The translations under genes and the position numbers were made by a program. The notes below the pieces were generated by a model. The model saw only the letters and a list, made by a program, of their open reading frames with translations, had not been told where the DNA came from and made no database searches. Positions 11,483-24,114 of a stretch of DNA of 64,000 nt are shown here, in pieces. The stretch lies in the NCBI GenBank assembly GCA_964016885.1, contig OZ024746.1:62558001-62622000 (forward strand). The letters are read 5' to 3'. This DNA is from Eledone cirrhosa. Taxonomy: Eukaryota. Position 1 is the stretch's first letter. Each line of letters opens with the position of its first letter.

Positions 11483-13506
11483 CAGGGGTCTAAAAGACAA
11501 GGCCCTCGGGCCACAAATTACTTTTCTATGGCTCACAGCTGAATAATTTTCCTGACCAATATGTTTTTCCTAAAACTTAGTAATTTGTCCCTTGCCCCTC
11601 CTATACTCTTGCAGCAGTAGTATCAAGCTTGACCTGTCCATGTGTCACTCCAGGGAAGGGTTCAATGTACTTTAATATTTCAGTCAGATCAAAAGCAGAA
11701 AAGTAGAAATATATATCCAATTTTATATGCATTAAAAATAACATTCTTAATAAGAATGTTAGTGAACACTACATTGGCTTGTTTCAAAGACGCATTGTGA
11801 CGAGGATGACTGAGATTATAGAAAACTAACTCACACTAGAGAATATCAGGAAATTTGTTTTGTTTCAGAATGTAAATAGATTTGTCAACTTGTATTGGTG
11901 TGGGGAAGGTGTATTTGATGTGACAGACAATATACACAAATAGAAAATGCTAGAAAATGTTCGACAGCAGATTGTTCAGTAAACAGAAATTTCAAAGAAG
12001 GACATATTTTTTTAGTCAACTACATAATTGAAATAAAAAACAAATATTGAGGATGTCAAAGGAAAGAAGAATTGCTAAAGAGAACTGGAATTTTCATGAA
12101 AAGTGGGAATATTTGTATTTTGTAAGAGGGGTAAAGAATAAACTACAATGCTTGATGTCTGCCTAATATTACCATATAAGGCATTATGAAACAACACACA
12201 GTGATACGAGAAGAAAAGATAGACTGGCTTAAGACAGCCTGTTCAAAATAACAAAACTTTTTTTCCAATTTAAACAAGTGAAAATGCTATAAGAACATGT
12301 TTTGTTCTCAGCAAAATGATTGAAAAATCATCATGACCATTTTAAAAGACCATTTTAAAAGCTAGTGAAATCCATTGTCCCAAGAAAAGGAAAATGCTTG
12401 AAAGCTTGTCATTTAATATTGTTACCAGCCATATCACTGATTTAGCAAACAATTCATATCAACAACTGGATACCACTGCTTGATGAAAGTACAGGCATTA
12501 CAGGTACTGCTTACTATGCTGCCATGAGAGGAGTTGACAATAACTTCAATGTCACTGAAGAAATATTGGATTTACTACCTATGAAGGGAACATTGATAGG
12601 GTGAGATATATTTAGTGGACTAGAGAAGTGGACTAGAGTGTTGAATTGCATCAAACCCATATCAGTGGCAACAGACAGTATACCTGTATTGTGCTCTGAA
12701 AAGGTGGATTTAGAAGATCTTAACCCTTTAGCATTTAAACCAGTCATATCTGGCCAGAATTCTCTCACTCGTTTCTGTTCAAACCAGCCATAACTGGCCA
12801 CTCACACCTACTTTAAGGTATTGTTATCAAAATAAATAATATCAAAATCTCATAGATTTAATATAATGTGAGATAATTATATGAGGTAAAGCTTTTTCTG
12901 TGAAAATACAATAATATATATAGAGTAATCATTTCATCATTTTCATTGTAATGTAAATGCTAAAGGGTTAAAGAAAAGTTGAACTGTCTTGGTATGCCCA
13001 TTTCTACTAAGCCATTGCATTCTGCATTTTTGTCAAGAGTTATGATGAAAGAAAAATATCATCAATTTTACTATTAAATGTTTGGATTCAAAAATGTTTT
13101 TTAAATGTTTCTTGAAGATATCTGCAATTTCTTTAAATGAGATAAAACTTAATTTTGCTTTTGTTTCCATTGTTTTAATAATATTTATAGTACACTTTCA
13201 TTGCAATTTACCAATGAAATAAAATACAAGAGAGAAAAAACAAATGATATAAATGGAGAAAAAGGAATTTATCAAAAGTAAAAATGGAATTAAGGTAAAT
13301 TTGTCCCCTTAAATTTTGTACAAATTCTCATATCTCATTTACTATCATATGTATATTCATTTTGATGACTAGCAGCCTATCAATTATATGGCAGATTAGC
13401 ATTATAACTGGTAGAAATCACATTCTACTCCACTCCCTCATCTTACTTTTGGCCTGTTGTACCATAACATAATGACCCTTTTGAGTCCTTGAGTTTGAAA
13501 CCCCTG
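11483..13506 (+). mobile_element. Decayed hAT-Charlie (SPIN/GTF2IRD2-like) DNA transposon
   Basis: TIRs CAGGGGTCTAAAA / TTTGAAACCCCTG; 8-bp TSD ACCTAAAG/ACCTAAAT; internal peptide LDESTGITGTA...RGVDNNFNVTEEILDLLPMKGTLIG*DIF...SVATD at ~12478-12700 matches Charlie transposase DDE-region motifs. Confidence 0.9.
12720..12971. mobile_element. piggyBac-type MITE family 1 nested in the hAT transposase
   Basis: Full TTAA-flanked TIRs. Confidence 0.9.
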
Positions 13507-14129
13507 ACCTAAATTGACATGATTAAATATTACAAGTACATCTTATTTGGTGAACTACTCTGCTTTTTATACTCCAAATAGAAATATTAAAATTAATACA
13601 CTCCTCATTCTCTGCAGATATACAACTAATCACAGAGCACAAGTTCTTCATAAATATCTGGCAATGCCAACTTTAGAACTTAGTAGTAATAGTAACAACA
13701 GTAATAATAGTATAATTAGTACATATAGTAGTATTAAGAGTTGTCATAGCAGTGATGGTGAAAGAGTGACAAGGAATTATCTATCATCCAATGAACCAAG
13801 AAAGCAAAAGCAGCAACACATTCAGTGATTTTCTCTCCCCTCTCATTAAGAAAAATCAATAGATTCGCTGGTTGTCAGGTGGAATTCTTCATTTTCTGGC
13901 ATTGCTTTGCAATTCACTTTCATTACACAGCAGTTGGCATTGTAAATACCGTTTAGTTCTACATCCCAACTACTGTTATTTACCAAAGCTAAGTAGCCCC
14001 CCCCTCCTTCTAACCAATAATGGAACCGAAATATAGGTGATCACCTTGTTAGAATTAACAGCTCATCCAAATCTCTTCAAATCACAACCTACTTCTGCAC
14101 CTATTTATTCTTGGAAAAGCCATGGGGGC

Positions 14130-14510
14130 AAAATCCATAAACACCTTCCAGAAGCAAGCCTCTCCAATTGACCTGGCTAGATCCCCAAGTGGGGCCAACC
14201 AAGCTTTCCTGCCATTTGGCATTGCCCTCCTTAGACATTCTAATTGCATTTCCATAGTACCGCAGCTGTGATTTAGAGAAGTAATGGCTCTACCTGAGCT
14301 ATGCATTCTATCAAGTAACATCACTCCAAAGAACCCCATTTCAGCCGCTTATATTCGCAATCATACTCTTTTGGCAATTATTCAAGATTCATGACCATAG
14401 GTAAGAGTAGGCAGAAACACCGAATTGAAGATAGCGAGTTTGGCTGTTACACCAACCTCCCTTCTTCTGATGACCAAATGCTGAAGCTGTTACATTACTG
14501 CACCAATCTG
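14130..14510 (-). mobile_element. Decayed RTE (Rex3/Expander-like) LINE fragment
   Basis: Minus translation ...AKLAIFNSVFLPTLTYGHES...AAEMGF matches the RTE post-RT motif PTLTYGxE...AAEMxF. Confidence 0.7.
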
Positions 14511-15804
14511 TGTAAAAGGAAGAGGGGGCACCCTGGACAATGTAGACCTTAGTGAACTCTGCCCAGGGAAGAAAGATGGGATGGTCAAAGCTGAAACACC
14601 TTCGATCATAGAAAAGATTGATCGGAAGTTAAATAAAACAAACTACCATCTTTTGTTTTTGTCACCTAAAAGGTGAATATTGAATCATTATCAACATCTG
14701 CAGCTATAAACTATCAATGTTGCCATCATTAAGACCTTTACAATTGGAAGTTCCTATACATCATCTGCTAATATTTGACATGTCTTGCTTATCTGATGCA
14801 ACAGGTGTGGACCTGCAGCTGCTTCTAAAATACTGGCATCCAACGATATTAGATTTTACTTCACCAGTGTTGAGCTGAGCAAATATTTGAGGAGTCTTAC
14901 TTAAATAAACTAGTTTGGCCGCTCAAAACCAGCACGTAGCCTCAATGATCTTTTAATAAAGTTTGTTCTGTCTTAAAGATGTTGAAAATAGGTCGGGACA
15001 CTGCTCTTCATCTGACTAAGTCATAAAAAGAAAAAATAGTGAATGTCAGCCAAATCAGACTGTTTAATGATCAATTTTATGCCTTTCTCTACTTGTTTTG
15101 TCTTGCCACTTATACCAGAATTCCTATTAACTGTTTAATGTTCTGTATCATATGAAGCTGTATTAGTAAGAGGTTCTTTACAAATATGACTGCATCACAT
15201 TAAATATTGCAAAATTTTACAATATTCTGTTCACTAGCCAAGATAATATAAACATTTAAATTTAAAAAAAACTATTTTTTAGACATTTTTTCCAAAATCA
15301 TTACAGGTGGTTAAAAGTTAAGGTAAAATAACTGACTTATACGAACAGGGTGTTTTATGTGTATATAGAAAAAACTTGTGACCAAAGTTTGAAATTGTGA
15401 CCACAGGGACAGAAAGTAAGTTTCTGCCATTGTTCTAGTAGTTTTAATTTTACAGATCAGTGAGTTGTAAACAGGCTACAAATAGAATCTCACTAATATG
15501 AGAGAGAAAAATTATACTCAATATTTGTGGAAAAATTCCTGGGATCACTTGATGTTAAAATGTATTATTTACCTCACCAAACAAAGTCTTCATAAATATT
15601 CACTTACCTGAAAAATAAAATAAAATGTGGTTACAAGAAAATTCAAATGTAATTAACAAATAAGGTAAAAATTAAATAAATCTCATAAAAAAAGACAAAA
15701 ATAAATATATATCATGAGATCAAATTAATGAAATTGTTGGCCATTGTATAGGAAACCATTATGTAATGGATGAACTAAAGAGTAAAAAAAAAGAAACATC
15801 AGTC

Positions 15805-16122
15805 ATAAATGCCCATATGTTTTGCACCTAGAAAGTTTCCCTTCAGAGACACAAGTTCAGGCAAGGTGCTTTTGTGGAAGACCAGTAGTTGCCCATCGAT
15901 ACTGGTCTTCCCTCTCCATGCCACCAATGTCCAAGGGAAAGGTAATGGCCGATACAGCTTAACACCAGAGATGTCGCATTTTATTTCTATAATTGAGTGA
16001 ACTGGAGTAATGTGAAATAAAATGTCTTGCTGAAGAATACAATGTATCTCCCGGTTCGAGAATCAAACTCACAACCACATGATTGTGAATCCGACGTTCT
16101 AACCACTAAGCCACACACCTTC
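15805..16122 (-). mobile_element. SINE with family-B head and an alternative body
   Basis: Head GTGTGGCTTAGTGGTTAGAA...GAGTTTGATTC and CORE-like CTTCAGCAAGACATTTTATTTCACATT; body TTTGCACCTAGAAAGTT also at 18085-18280 and 26875-26985. Confidence 0.7.
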
Positions 16123-16188
16123 TCATGAACTAATAAAGGGAAGATTTTATGTCTGTTAATGTTGAAATTCTTTTAATTGAAAGTTAAC

Positions 16189-16406
16189 TTAACCCTTTAG
16201 CATTTACATTACTCTATATATACTATTATATTTTTGTGGTAAATGCTTTATCTTACATAATTATCTCTGATAATGAGATTTTTATGTTATCCTTTTTGAG
16301 AAAAATACCATAACGTCTGTATCAGTGGCCAGTTATGGCCAGTTTGAACAGAAACGGGTGAGAGAATTGTGGCTGGATACAGCCGGTTTAAATGCTAAAG
16401 GGTTAA
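16189..16406. mobile_element. piggyBac-type MITE family 1
   Basis: TTAA-flanked TIRs. Confidence 0.9.
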
Positions 16407-16938
16407 AGGTGAGGAAGACACAAGGTTGAGTTGGTTAGAAACAGGAAGAAGTTCATACAAATTACAATGGTATCTTGTGCCCATAACTTATGGGAAAAGG
16501 AATTTAGACCATAATTATCAACATTTGCTAACCTGGAACAGTAAGATATAGAGAAAAATGTGAACAAAATCAGTTTTGCTTCCAATGGTGTGTGTGATTG
16601 TGTGAGTGTGTGAATGTGGGTGAGACTGAGTTTGTGTGAGTGAGCGAGTGAGTGTGTTTGTGAGAGAGTGCGTGTGTGTGTGTGTGTGAGAGAGAGAGAG
16701 TGAGTGAGTGAGTGCTGTGTGTGAGATTGTGTGTGGGTGAGTGATAAGAGAGTGAGTGTATGTGTGAGTATAAAAAATCATGGTTAAATGGGGAGGGGGG
16801 GGGGGGGGTTAGTTCAGTTGGTTGTTTGTTTGTATTTTCAATTATTTTTGTGTTGTAGAGTGTAGCATGTATATGTATATAGTGTACTGAAGTAACCCCA
16901 GGCATAATATAGACTAGACAGACAAATGAGTAGATAGG

Positions 16939-17285
16939 TATGAGGGTGGGCTGAAAAGTGAATAGGCTGGTTATGAAGGAGTGATGCTAGAGCTGTGAAA
17001 CCTTGCATACATTCATTTCAACTCTTCTTATTAATAATTGCATTGTTTCTTTCCAGAGACCATGTTGAAAAATAAACCTCATTTTGGTCATTCCATGAGA
17101 GTATCTTGGTCAGCCTATGAAGGAGTGATGTTAGAGCTGTGAAATCTTGCATGCATTAATTTCAACTCTTTATATTAATAACTTCATTGTTTCTTTCCAT
17201 GGACTATGTTGAAAAATAAACCTCATTTTGGTCATTCCATGAGAGTATCTTGGTCAGCTAATGAAATTTTCCATCGACCCCCGTA
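16939..17285. mobile_element. mariner-type MITE with internal ~140-bp tandem duplication
   Basis: TA-TGAGGGTGGGCTGAAAAGT ... ATTTTCCATCGACCCCCG-TA; duplicated GAAGGAGTGATG...CTTGGTCAGC block. Confidence 0.65.
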
Positions 17286-18299
17286 AGTAAGTGCAGACAT
17301 GGTTGAACAGTTGGGAAGATCACTTTACATTATATTTATGTAGTTTCAGGTTCAATCCTACTACATAGCACCTTATACCTATGTCATCTACCATAAGCTT
17401 CAATTGAAAAATACATTGACTGAAATTCTATAGACATTGTACAGATACATGTGTATGCAAAAGAGTCTGTCTGCCTCTGTGCTTATGTTTACACACCTTA
17501 AAACTGTTGTTGTTGATTGTGCCCCCATAACTTAGTGCTCTGTCACATAAAATACCATCCTGAAATAATAAGGGCAGTGCACCAGTGTGGCCACAGTTCA
17601 ATGATTGAAACTAGTGAAACAGTAAAAGAATAGAAGTGTGTGTGAGCATGTTTGAGTGTATGTGAGTGAGTGTGTAAGCTTGTGTGTGTGTGTGTGCGTG
17701 TGTTTGTGTGTGTGTGTGTGTGTTTATCTATCTGTTTAACTGTCAACAGAGTGAGGGGTGGAGACAAACAGAATAATGACTACTGAGAGCAGGAAGTAGT
17801 AAGGTCATTGAAAGAAGACAGTTTTGTGACTGGAATTCAAATAACACAGCTGAAGTTAAACTGTGGTGGGGTGGGAGTAGGAGGTGGGACAGGAGTGCTA
17901 GGTTTTATTTTGAGTTTTTTTCCAACATTTGTCCCAATATTTGACAAGTGGTTAAACATGGCAGTTACTGTAATATATTTTATTTTATTTTTAAATTCAT
18001 TTAATTTGTTTGTTCATGTGCAAATTTTATCTAGAAACTAGTTAACCAAGGTATAAAGGGCATAAAGACCACTTTTGGTCACAAATGACCATAGGATTTG
18101 CACCTAGAAAGTTCCACTCCCAAACACAAGCCCAGGCAAGGTGTCTTTGTGGAAGACCATCAGTCACCCTTGCATACATGTCTACTCTCTCCACACCACT
18201 CATGTTGTTCAAGAAAAAGGCAAAATTTGGTACAGCTTGACACCAGGGATGTCACTACTCATTTTTTCCAGTTGTGTGAAATAATACTTCTTACCAATT

Positions 18300-18790
18300 C
18301 CAAATCTGACCTTCCCATCGATGAAGACATGGAAAACCTTCCCAACATGCACTTAAAATGACACCTTAGTCTGGCTCACCAATCCCAATCTGTCTGTCTA
18401 ATCATTGTGCATATGTTATATGACATGAATCCCATGCTTCCAAATCTCATGTGGAATTCAATCGACTCCTGCTTTGCCATTCTTAGCTGCTCTATGGCAT
18501 CCAGTGGTGATGTTTCAGTTCAAGAGTTCTTAGTTTCAGGGGAGTTTGGTGTTTCCCATAGTCACCATTACTTCCAGGTCCGCTCTGGCCCAGGGTGGTA
18601 GAATTAACCTATGGGTTAAATAGTCTTAATGACAAGGCTCAACATTCCAAGATCCTGAACCTACCAACATTTTTGTTATCATCCAGCAACCATGCCCCAG
18701 CCTAGGTAACTGCCCCCATGCCTCTGAGGAAGGTTTTTGGGCCAGAGGCTAGGAGAACACTCTGGTGTAAAACCTATGACCTGAGAATCT
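18300..18790 (-). mobile_element. Highly decayed RTE-like LINE remnant
   Basis: Frameshifted minus peptide LDAIEQL/KNGKAGVD*IPHEIWKHG resembles the RTE linker GKAPGxDxIPxEIWK. Confidence 0.45.
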
Positions 18791-18972
18791 TGCTGTCACC
18801 ATCCCAACAACACACATATATAAATATACATACATAAACACACACACATATATATATAGAGAGAGAAAGATTCCCATTTTCTAGTCTATCTTGCATATAC
18901 ATCCTTTATGTATTTTAAATTGCATTGTTCTAGCTCTATATTAGAGAATATGCTGTGTATGTATGTTAAAAA

Positions 18973-19010
<38 letters not shown>

Positions 19011-19115
19011 TTTTTAACATACATACACACCATATTCTACTTTGATTGAATCTTAACCATCTACTTTGATTGAATCTTAACCATCTACCATGTCAGGGTA
19101 TGTCATGTCTCATTT

Positions 19116-19182
19116 TGTTTCATCTGATGAGGACGTACTGTTGAACTTAACTCAGTACCTCTAAAACATGTATAATAAAATA
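19116..19182 (+). ncRNA. Degenerate hammerhead ribozyme (GAAA to AAAA) in a Penelope-like end
   Basis: TGTTTCAT-CTGATGA-GGAcGTACTG...CAGTACcTCT-AAAA-CATGTATA-ATAAAATA; element bounded by (TA)n. Confidence 0.65.
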
Positions 19183-19320
19183 TAATTGATCACAAGAATA
19201 TCAATATTGTTAATATTTTGAATTAATATTAATAACCCTGGAAAACATTTAACTATTGAGTGCTTCCAATCTATTGTAAAACTCATTCTTTGATGTATTC
19301 ATTGAACCTTGTTTAACTCT

Positions 19321-19375
<55 letters not shown>

Positions 19376-19997
19376 GCATAAACACATACACAGAGAGGCA
19401 GAAAGAGTGAGAGAGAGCCCTGAATTCCAGACAAGGTCACAGACTCAGATTACAAACAACCTAATTCTAACCCATCAGTTAAGTAGAGCAGATGAAATTT
19501 TCTAGGGCAAAGAAATGTTTGTTGCTAAGGAGTATCAGCCAAATGAAAAGAACCCACCACATACCTACTATGAAACACCAAAATAAATAATTCTATTTAT
19601 AATAATAATAATGGGTTCTAAATTAGGCACCATTCAGCAATTTTGAAAAGGGATGGAAGAGGGGAAGGTTAGTTGAATGGACTAGCAGTTTATTTTATCA
19701 GACCACACCCCCACTTCAGAAGGATAAAAGGTAAAGTTGACCTTGAAGAGATTTGAACTGAAGAGAATATAAAGAGCCAGAATAAACATACCAAAACATT
19801 TTATTAGGCAGTAACGATGCCCTAATAATGGTTTCTAATTTAGACACTAGGCCAGTAAGTTTGTTGGGGAAGAAAGTTGACTAAATGAAGACAGTATATG
19901 ACTGGTACTTTATTTTATTGACCCGGAAAAGATGAAAGGCAAAGATAACCTTGGGTGGAATTTGAACTCAGAACATAAAGAACTGAAACAAATATTG

Positions 19998-20210
19998 CTG
20001 TGGAAGAAGACGCAGTAGAGGAAGGCCACAAAAAACATGGGCGGGGGTAGTGAGAGCTGACCTCAGATCACTGAAGCTCACAGAGGAGATGACAAGGGAC
20101 CGTGATGAATGGAGAGATGTTGTGCTGAAGAAGACCTGTCCCAACCTTGCAAGCAAGCAGGGAAAAGCAGATGTAAAATGATGATGGTGATGGTGATGAT
20201 GACAATGATG
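19998..20210 (+). mobile_element. RTE LINE extreme 3' end inserted in a SINE-A copy
   Basis: Encodes RRSRGRPQKTWAGVVRADLRSLKLTEEMTRDRDEWRDVV; tail CTTGCAAGC..AGGGAAAAGCAGATGTAAAATGATGATG. Confidence 0.8.
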
Positions 20211-20362
20211 ATTATTTGTCCAACACTCAACCAACTCTGCAATCCAATGCCTTAATAATTTCTTTATAAGCCAGAGGGGGTGAATAGAAGAAGTCCAATA
20301 TATTTTCCCATGTAGTGTATTTAGTTACATTATTAAGTCTGATATATCAGCTTGACAGTGTT

Positions 20363-21116
20363 CATCATCATCATCATCATCGTTTAACGTCCATCTTCCA
20401 CGCTTGCATGGGTTTGGACGGGAGTTTTCCCACTTGAGGCAAGAGTGGTTGTCTTGCTCACATAGGACTGTCTGGCGGGTTTTCTACGGCTGGATGCCCT
20501 TCCTAACACCAACCAAGTTTACAGTGTGGACTGGGAGGTTTTTACCGTGTTACCTACACGGCCACATTACAGCGTGGACTGTGTTTTTTTGTCGTGACAC
20601 CTACACGACCTCATTTGTTTCGGGCTGGATGTTGTGGTACCAACATTACTTTACATTGAAAGGGGTGGTGTGGATGGGGTGGGGGTAGTGGGACGGGGGT
20701 GTATTTTTGTTAGAGGTGCCTACTGACTGTAGTAGGCTTCACTTTGTACTTAGGTAAGGCGGGTCTTCTGTATTACTGTGTAGCGCCAAAGATCTCAGTC
20801 CAGTGACATTGTCTCGGAGAGGTGTAAGTGTGTGAGGTCGGAATTTATCAAGTCGTCCCAGGTTTTTCTGGGTCTGCCTACTCTGTGGCTACCGTCTATT
20901 TTTATTGCCCTGCACTTTTTTATACAGCTGTCGTCTTTCATGCGCATCACGTGACCGTACCAACGTAGTCTTCTCTCGAGTAAACAACATCTGATCCCTC
21001 TTATTTCTAATTTTTCCCTTAGTTCGTTTATGCTTTGCCGTTCACGTATATTACTATTACACATCCAGCGGAGCATGCAAGCTTCGTTCCTCTCCAGTCT
21101 GCGTATATCCTCTGTT
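20363..21116 (-). mobile_element. RTE-clade LINE 3' fragment
   Basis: ORF 20795-21076: MLRWMC...RRLRWYGHVMRM...GRPRKTWDDLINSDL. Confidence 0.92.
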
Positions 21117-21365
21117 ATAAGGAGTAATTATGAGAGGAAGAAGGCTGCAGTCCTACTGCAGTATCACCAATTCAGTAATATACAAAGAAAAGAAAACCGT
21201 AATCAGAAACAAAAACAAAACAGAAAGAAACAGTTCTTGATTCAATATAGAATTCCAATTTGTGAATCTAATAATTTAGTTCTCAGGGAAATAGTGAACT
21301 CATTATATCAATGTAGTATTTCTACTCCTGAATTTAGAAAAAAAAAACAATGAACTGATTATATA

Positions 21366-21501
21366 CTGTATATGGCGGAGGTGGGGGTCAGCTTATATTT
21401 GGGGTCAATATTTTGACTTTGGATTTTTGCCCATTTCTCAGACATAAAAATGGTGGGGTGGGGTAGGGTGGGGGCGGGGGCTTATATCCGAGTATACATG
21501 G
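21366..21501. mobile_element. Tc1/mariner (Tc2-like) MITE
   Basis: TA-CTGTATAT ... GGCTTATATCCGAGTATACATGG-TA. Confidence 0.5.
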
Positions 21502-22594
21502 TAAATGTAATATTTCAGCCCCTGAATCTAGATAGAAATAATTGTTTCTACTTTTGGCACACGGCCAGCAATTACGCCAGTGCATTACTGGTACTTTATT
21601 TTATCGACCCTGTAAGTTAACCTCGGCTGGATTTGAACTCAGAACGTAAATCTAAATAATGAACTGATAATCTAAATGTAGTTATTTCTAGCCCTGAATC
21701 TAGAAATTTCCACACACAAATTACAGCTGCTTTACAACTGCCCTTGTTTTTCAGCTTTTTAAAAAAAAAATCTTCTGCTTCTTTTGTTTTTCCCACTCTT
21801 TTTATTTTATCTCTGTCTCTCCTGGTTTTATTTCTGAACTGTAAGGCATACTAGATATCTACCCTAGTTTTTCATGGCTTACTAGCTCCATACGGACGCT
21901 TAAATTGGATTAAATAAATAATATAGTTAACCATATTAAAGTTATATGATTAGGATTACAAGAAGGAGGATGTTATTGTACGAGTGATTTTCTTTCCTTT
22001 GTGACGCAGGAAGCCAACAAGTCTTCCATTTTCATGTTTAGCAAACTACCTTTAAGTATGTATCTGTGTATACACATGTGTGTGTGTGTGTGCGTGTGCG
22101 CATGTGTGTGATTGTATATATATATGTGTGTGTGTCTGTGTATGTGCGAGTGCATGTATGCGAATCATATATACATTTAAATATATATTATATATTTAAA
22201 ATAGACTGGGAGATGAAAAGATGTTAAGATTGAAAGAATAAGTTTTTACTATCAATACACAACACATTAAAGACACTTTGATGATGTAAGATTAGTGTAA
22301 GAGAGGATGTATTTGATAAAACAATTCAAAAGATATTTGTTTTGGTTTTGTTTTTTTGTTCTGCCTTTCCTTTAAATATTTATATTATCAACTGAAAGCT
22401 CTGTGGTAGTTAGAGGAGGATAAAAGATGTTAGAATTAAGGAAAAATCTAACCTTTATGGAATAGTAACCAAAACAGAAATCTACTTCCAAGTAGAAAAT
22501 AAATAATTTTAGGTTTATCAACCTTAAATAAATGGAATAATTTTTTTATTTAATGAAATTATCCTGGAAATAATGTAAAACATATTTTCAAGAT

Positions 22595-23312
22595 AATAAT
22601 TGTTTCTACATTTGGCACAAGGCCAGCAATTACCCAGTGCATTACTGGTACTTTATTTTATCGACCCCGTAAGGATGAAAGGCAAAGTTAACAAAGATAA
22701 TAATATTGGTTTCCAGTAATTTTGGGGCAGGGGAAAGTCGATTAAATCGACCCCAGAGCGTGACTGGTACTTTATTTTATTGACCGTGTAAGGATGAAAA
22801 GTAAAGTTAACCTCGGCGGGATTTGAACTCAGATCATAAAGGGCCGTAACTCTATGCTAAAAAGCATGGCGTCCGATCCTCTACTCCGACACTGCTAATA
22901 CACCACCTGTCTAATGATTTCTAGTATAGGGAAATGGCCAGATATTTGGGGAGAGGGGAAAGTCGATTAAATCGACTGCATTACGTTACTGGTGCTTTAT
23001 TTTATCGACCCCGTAAGGATGAAAGGCAAAGTTAACTTTGGTGTGGGATTTGAACTCAGAATGTTAGGGATGTAACTCTATGCCGCAAAGCATGCTGTCC
23101 AAATACTGCCAAATACCACCCTAATACTAATATGTTTCTACTTTTGGCACAAGGCCAGCAATTACTCCAGTGTGTTACTAGTACTATATTTTATCGACCC
23201 CCGTAAGGATGAAAGGCAAAGTTAACCTCAGTGGGATTTGAACTCAGAACGTAAAGGGCCTTAACTATGCTGCAAAGCATGGTGCCTGATGCTCTACTGA
23301 TCCTGCCAAACC
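22595..23312 (-). mobile_element. Head-to-tail cluster of ~4 SINE-A copies
   Basis: Four ..ATTTTATYGACC..GTAAGGATGAAA cores separated by (TAA)n linkers. Confidence 0.9.
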
Positions 23313-23630
23313 AATAATAATAACAATGTAAATCTTTACATCTGCTGCAATATAGACAGAAACTCTCATGATCTATAAAATTTGTTTGAAAAAAAAAAAT
23401 AAAATAAAAACCACACACCAATTGACCATATAAGTTATAGTATTCCACTACCAATTGAGTGGTTGATTGTTGTTGTTAGTGGTGGTGGTGGTAGCAGTGG
23501 TGTTGGTGAATATAAGGGAAGTAATATTTCGATTTTTTATTTTGTTTCGTTTATTTTATGGTTAGTTCTGTTTGTTATTTTTTAATACCGATTTATATAT
23601 ATATAAAAAATATATATATATATAAAAAAA

Positions 23631-23662
<32 letters not shown>

Positions 23663-24027
23663 AAATATATATATATATATATATTTTTTTTTTTTACTTA
23701 GTTCAACTCTCTCTCTGTTACTTTTTTCTTTTTGCTGAGAACATTAGTAATCAATATTAAAAGATATGCCAATATAAGTTCAACATTCCATAGACAATAT
23801 AGCAATATAAAGAGTCATTGCAGTAAATACTAAGCAATACTTGCAGATCAAAAGTTTGAAGAGGAAGGAGAGGAAGGAGAGGTGAAATATTGAACATCTC
23901 CTGCTTTCTAATGTTGTTTAAATTGCTAACCCTCATATACAAATGTGTGTGTGTGTGTGTGTGTGTGTATTAAAAAAATGTGTTTCTTCCTTTTCTTAGC
24001 CTCATCTATCCTCCAATTCCTCATTCT

Positions 24028-24114
24028 ATCTTCTAATGAAGGACTAACGTCTGAAACATTAAGACTTTTTCCCTACTATACCAAGTGTTAAACTAATATA
24101 TATTATCATTGTAC
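24028..24114 (+). mobile_element. Penelope-like 3' end with degenerate hammerhead-like motif
   Basis: ATCTT-CTAATGA-A-GGAC(TAAC)GTCT-GAAA-CATT-AAGAC followed by CCTACTATACCAAGTGTTAAACTAATATA shared with the 10312 copy. Confidence 0.6.

Noticed and set aside
22010-22055. Possible 46-nt + strand exon (..GACGCAG|...TTAA|GTATGT)
   Set aside because: Weak donor adjoining a microsatellite, no partner exons and no recognisable peptide
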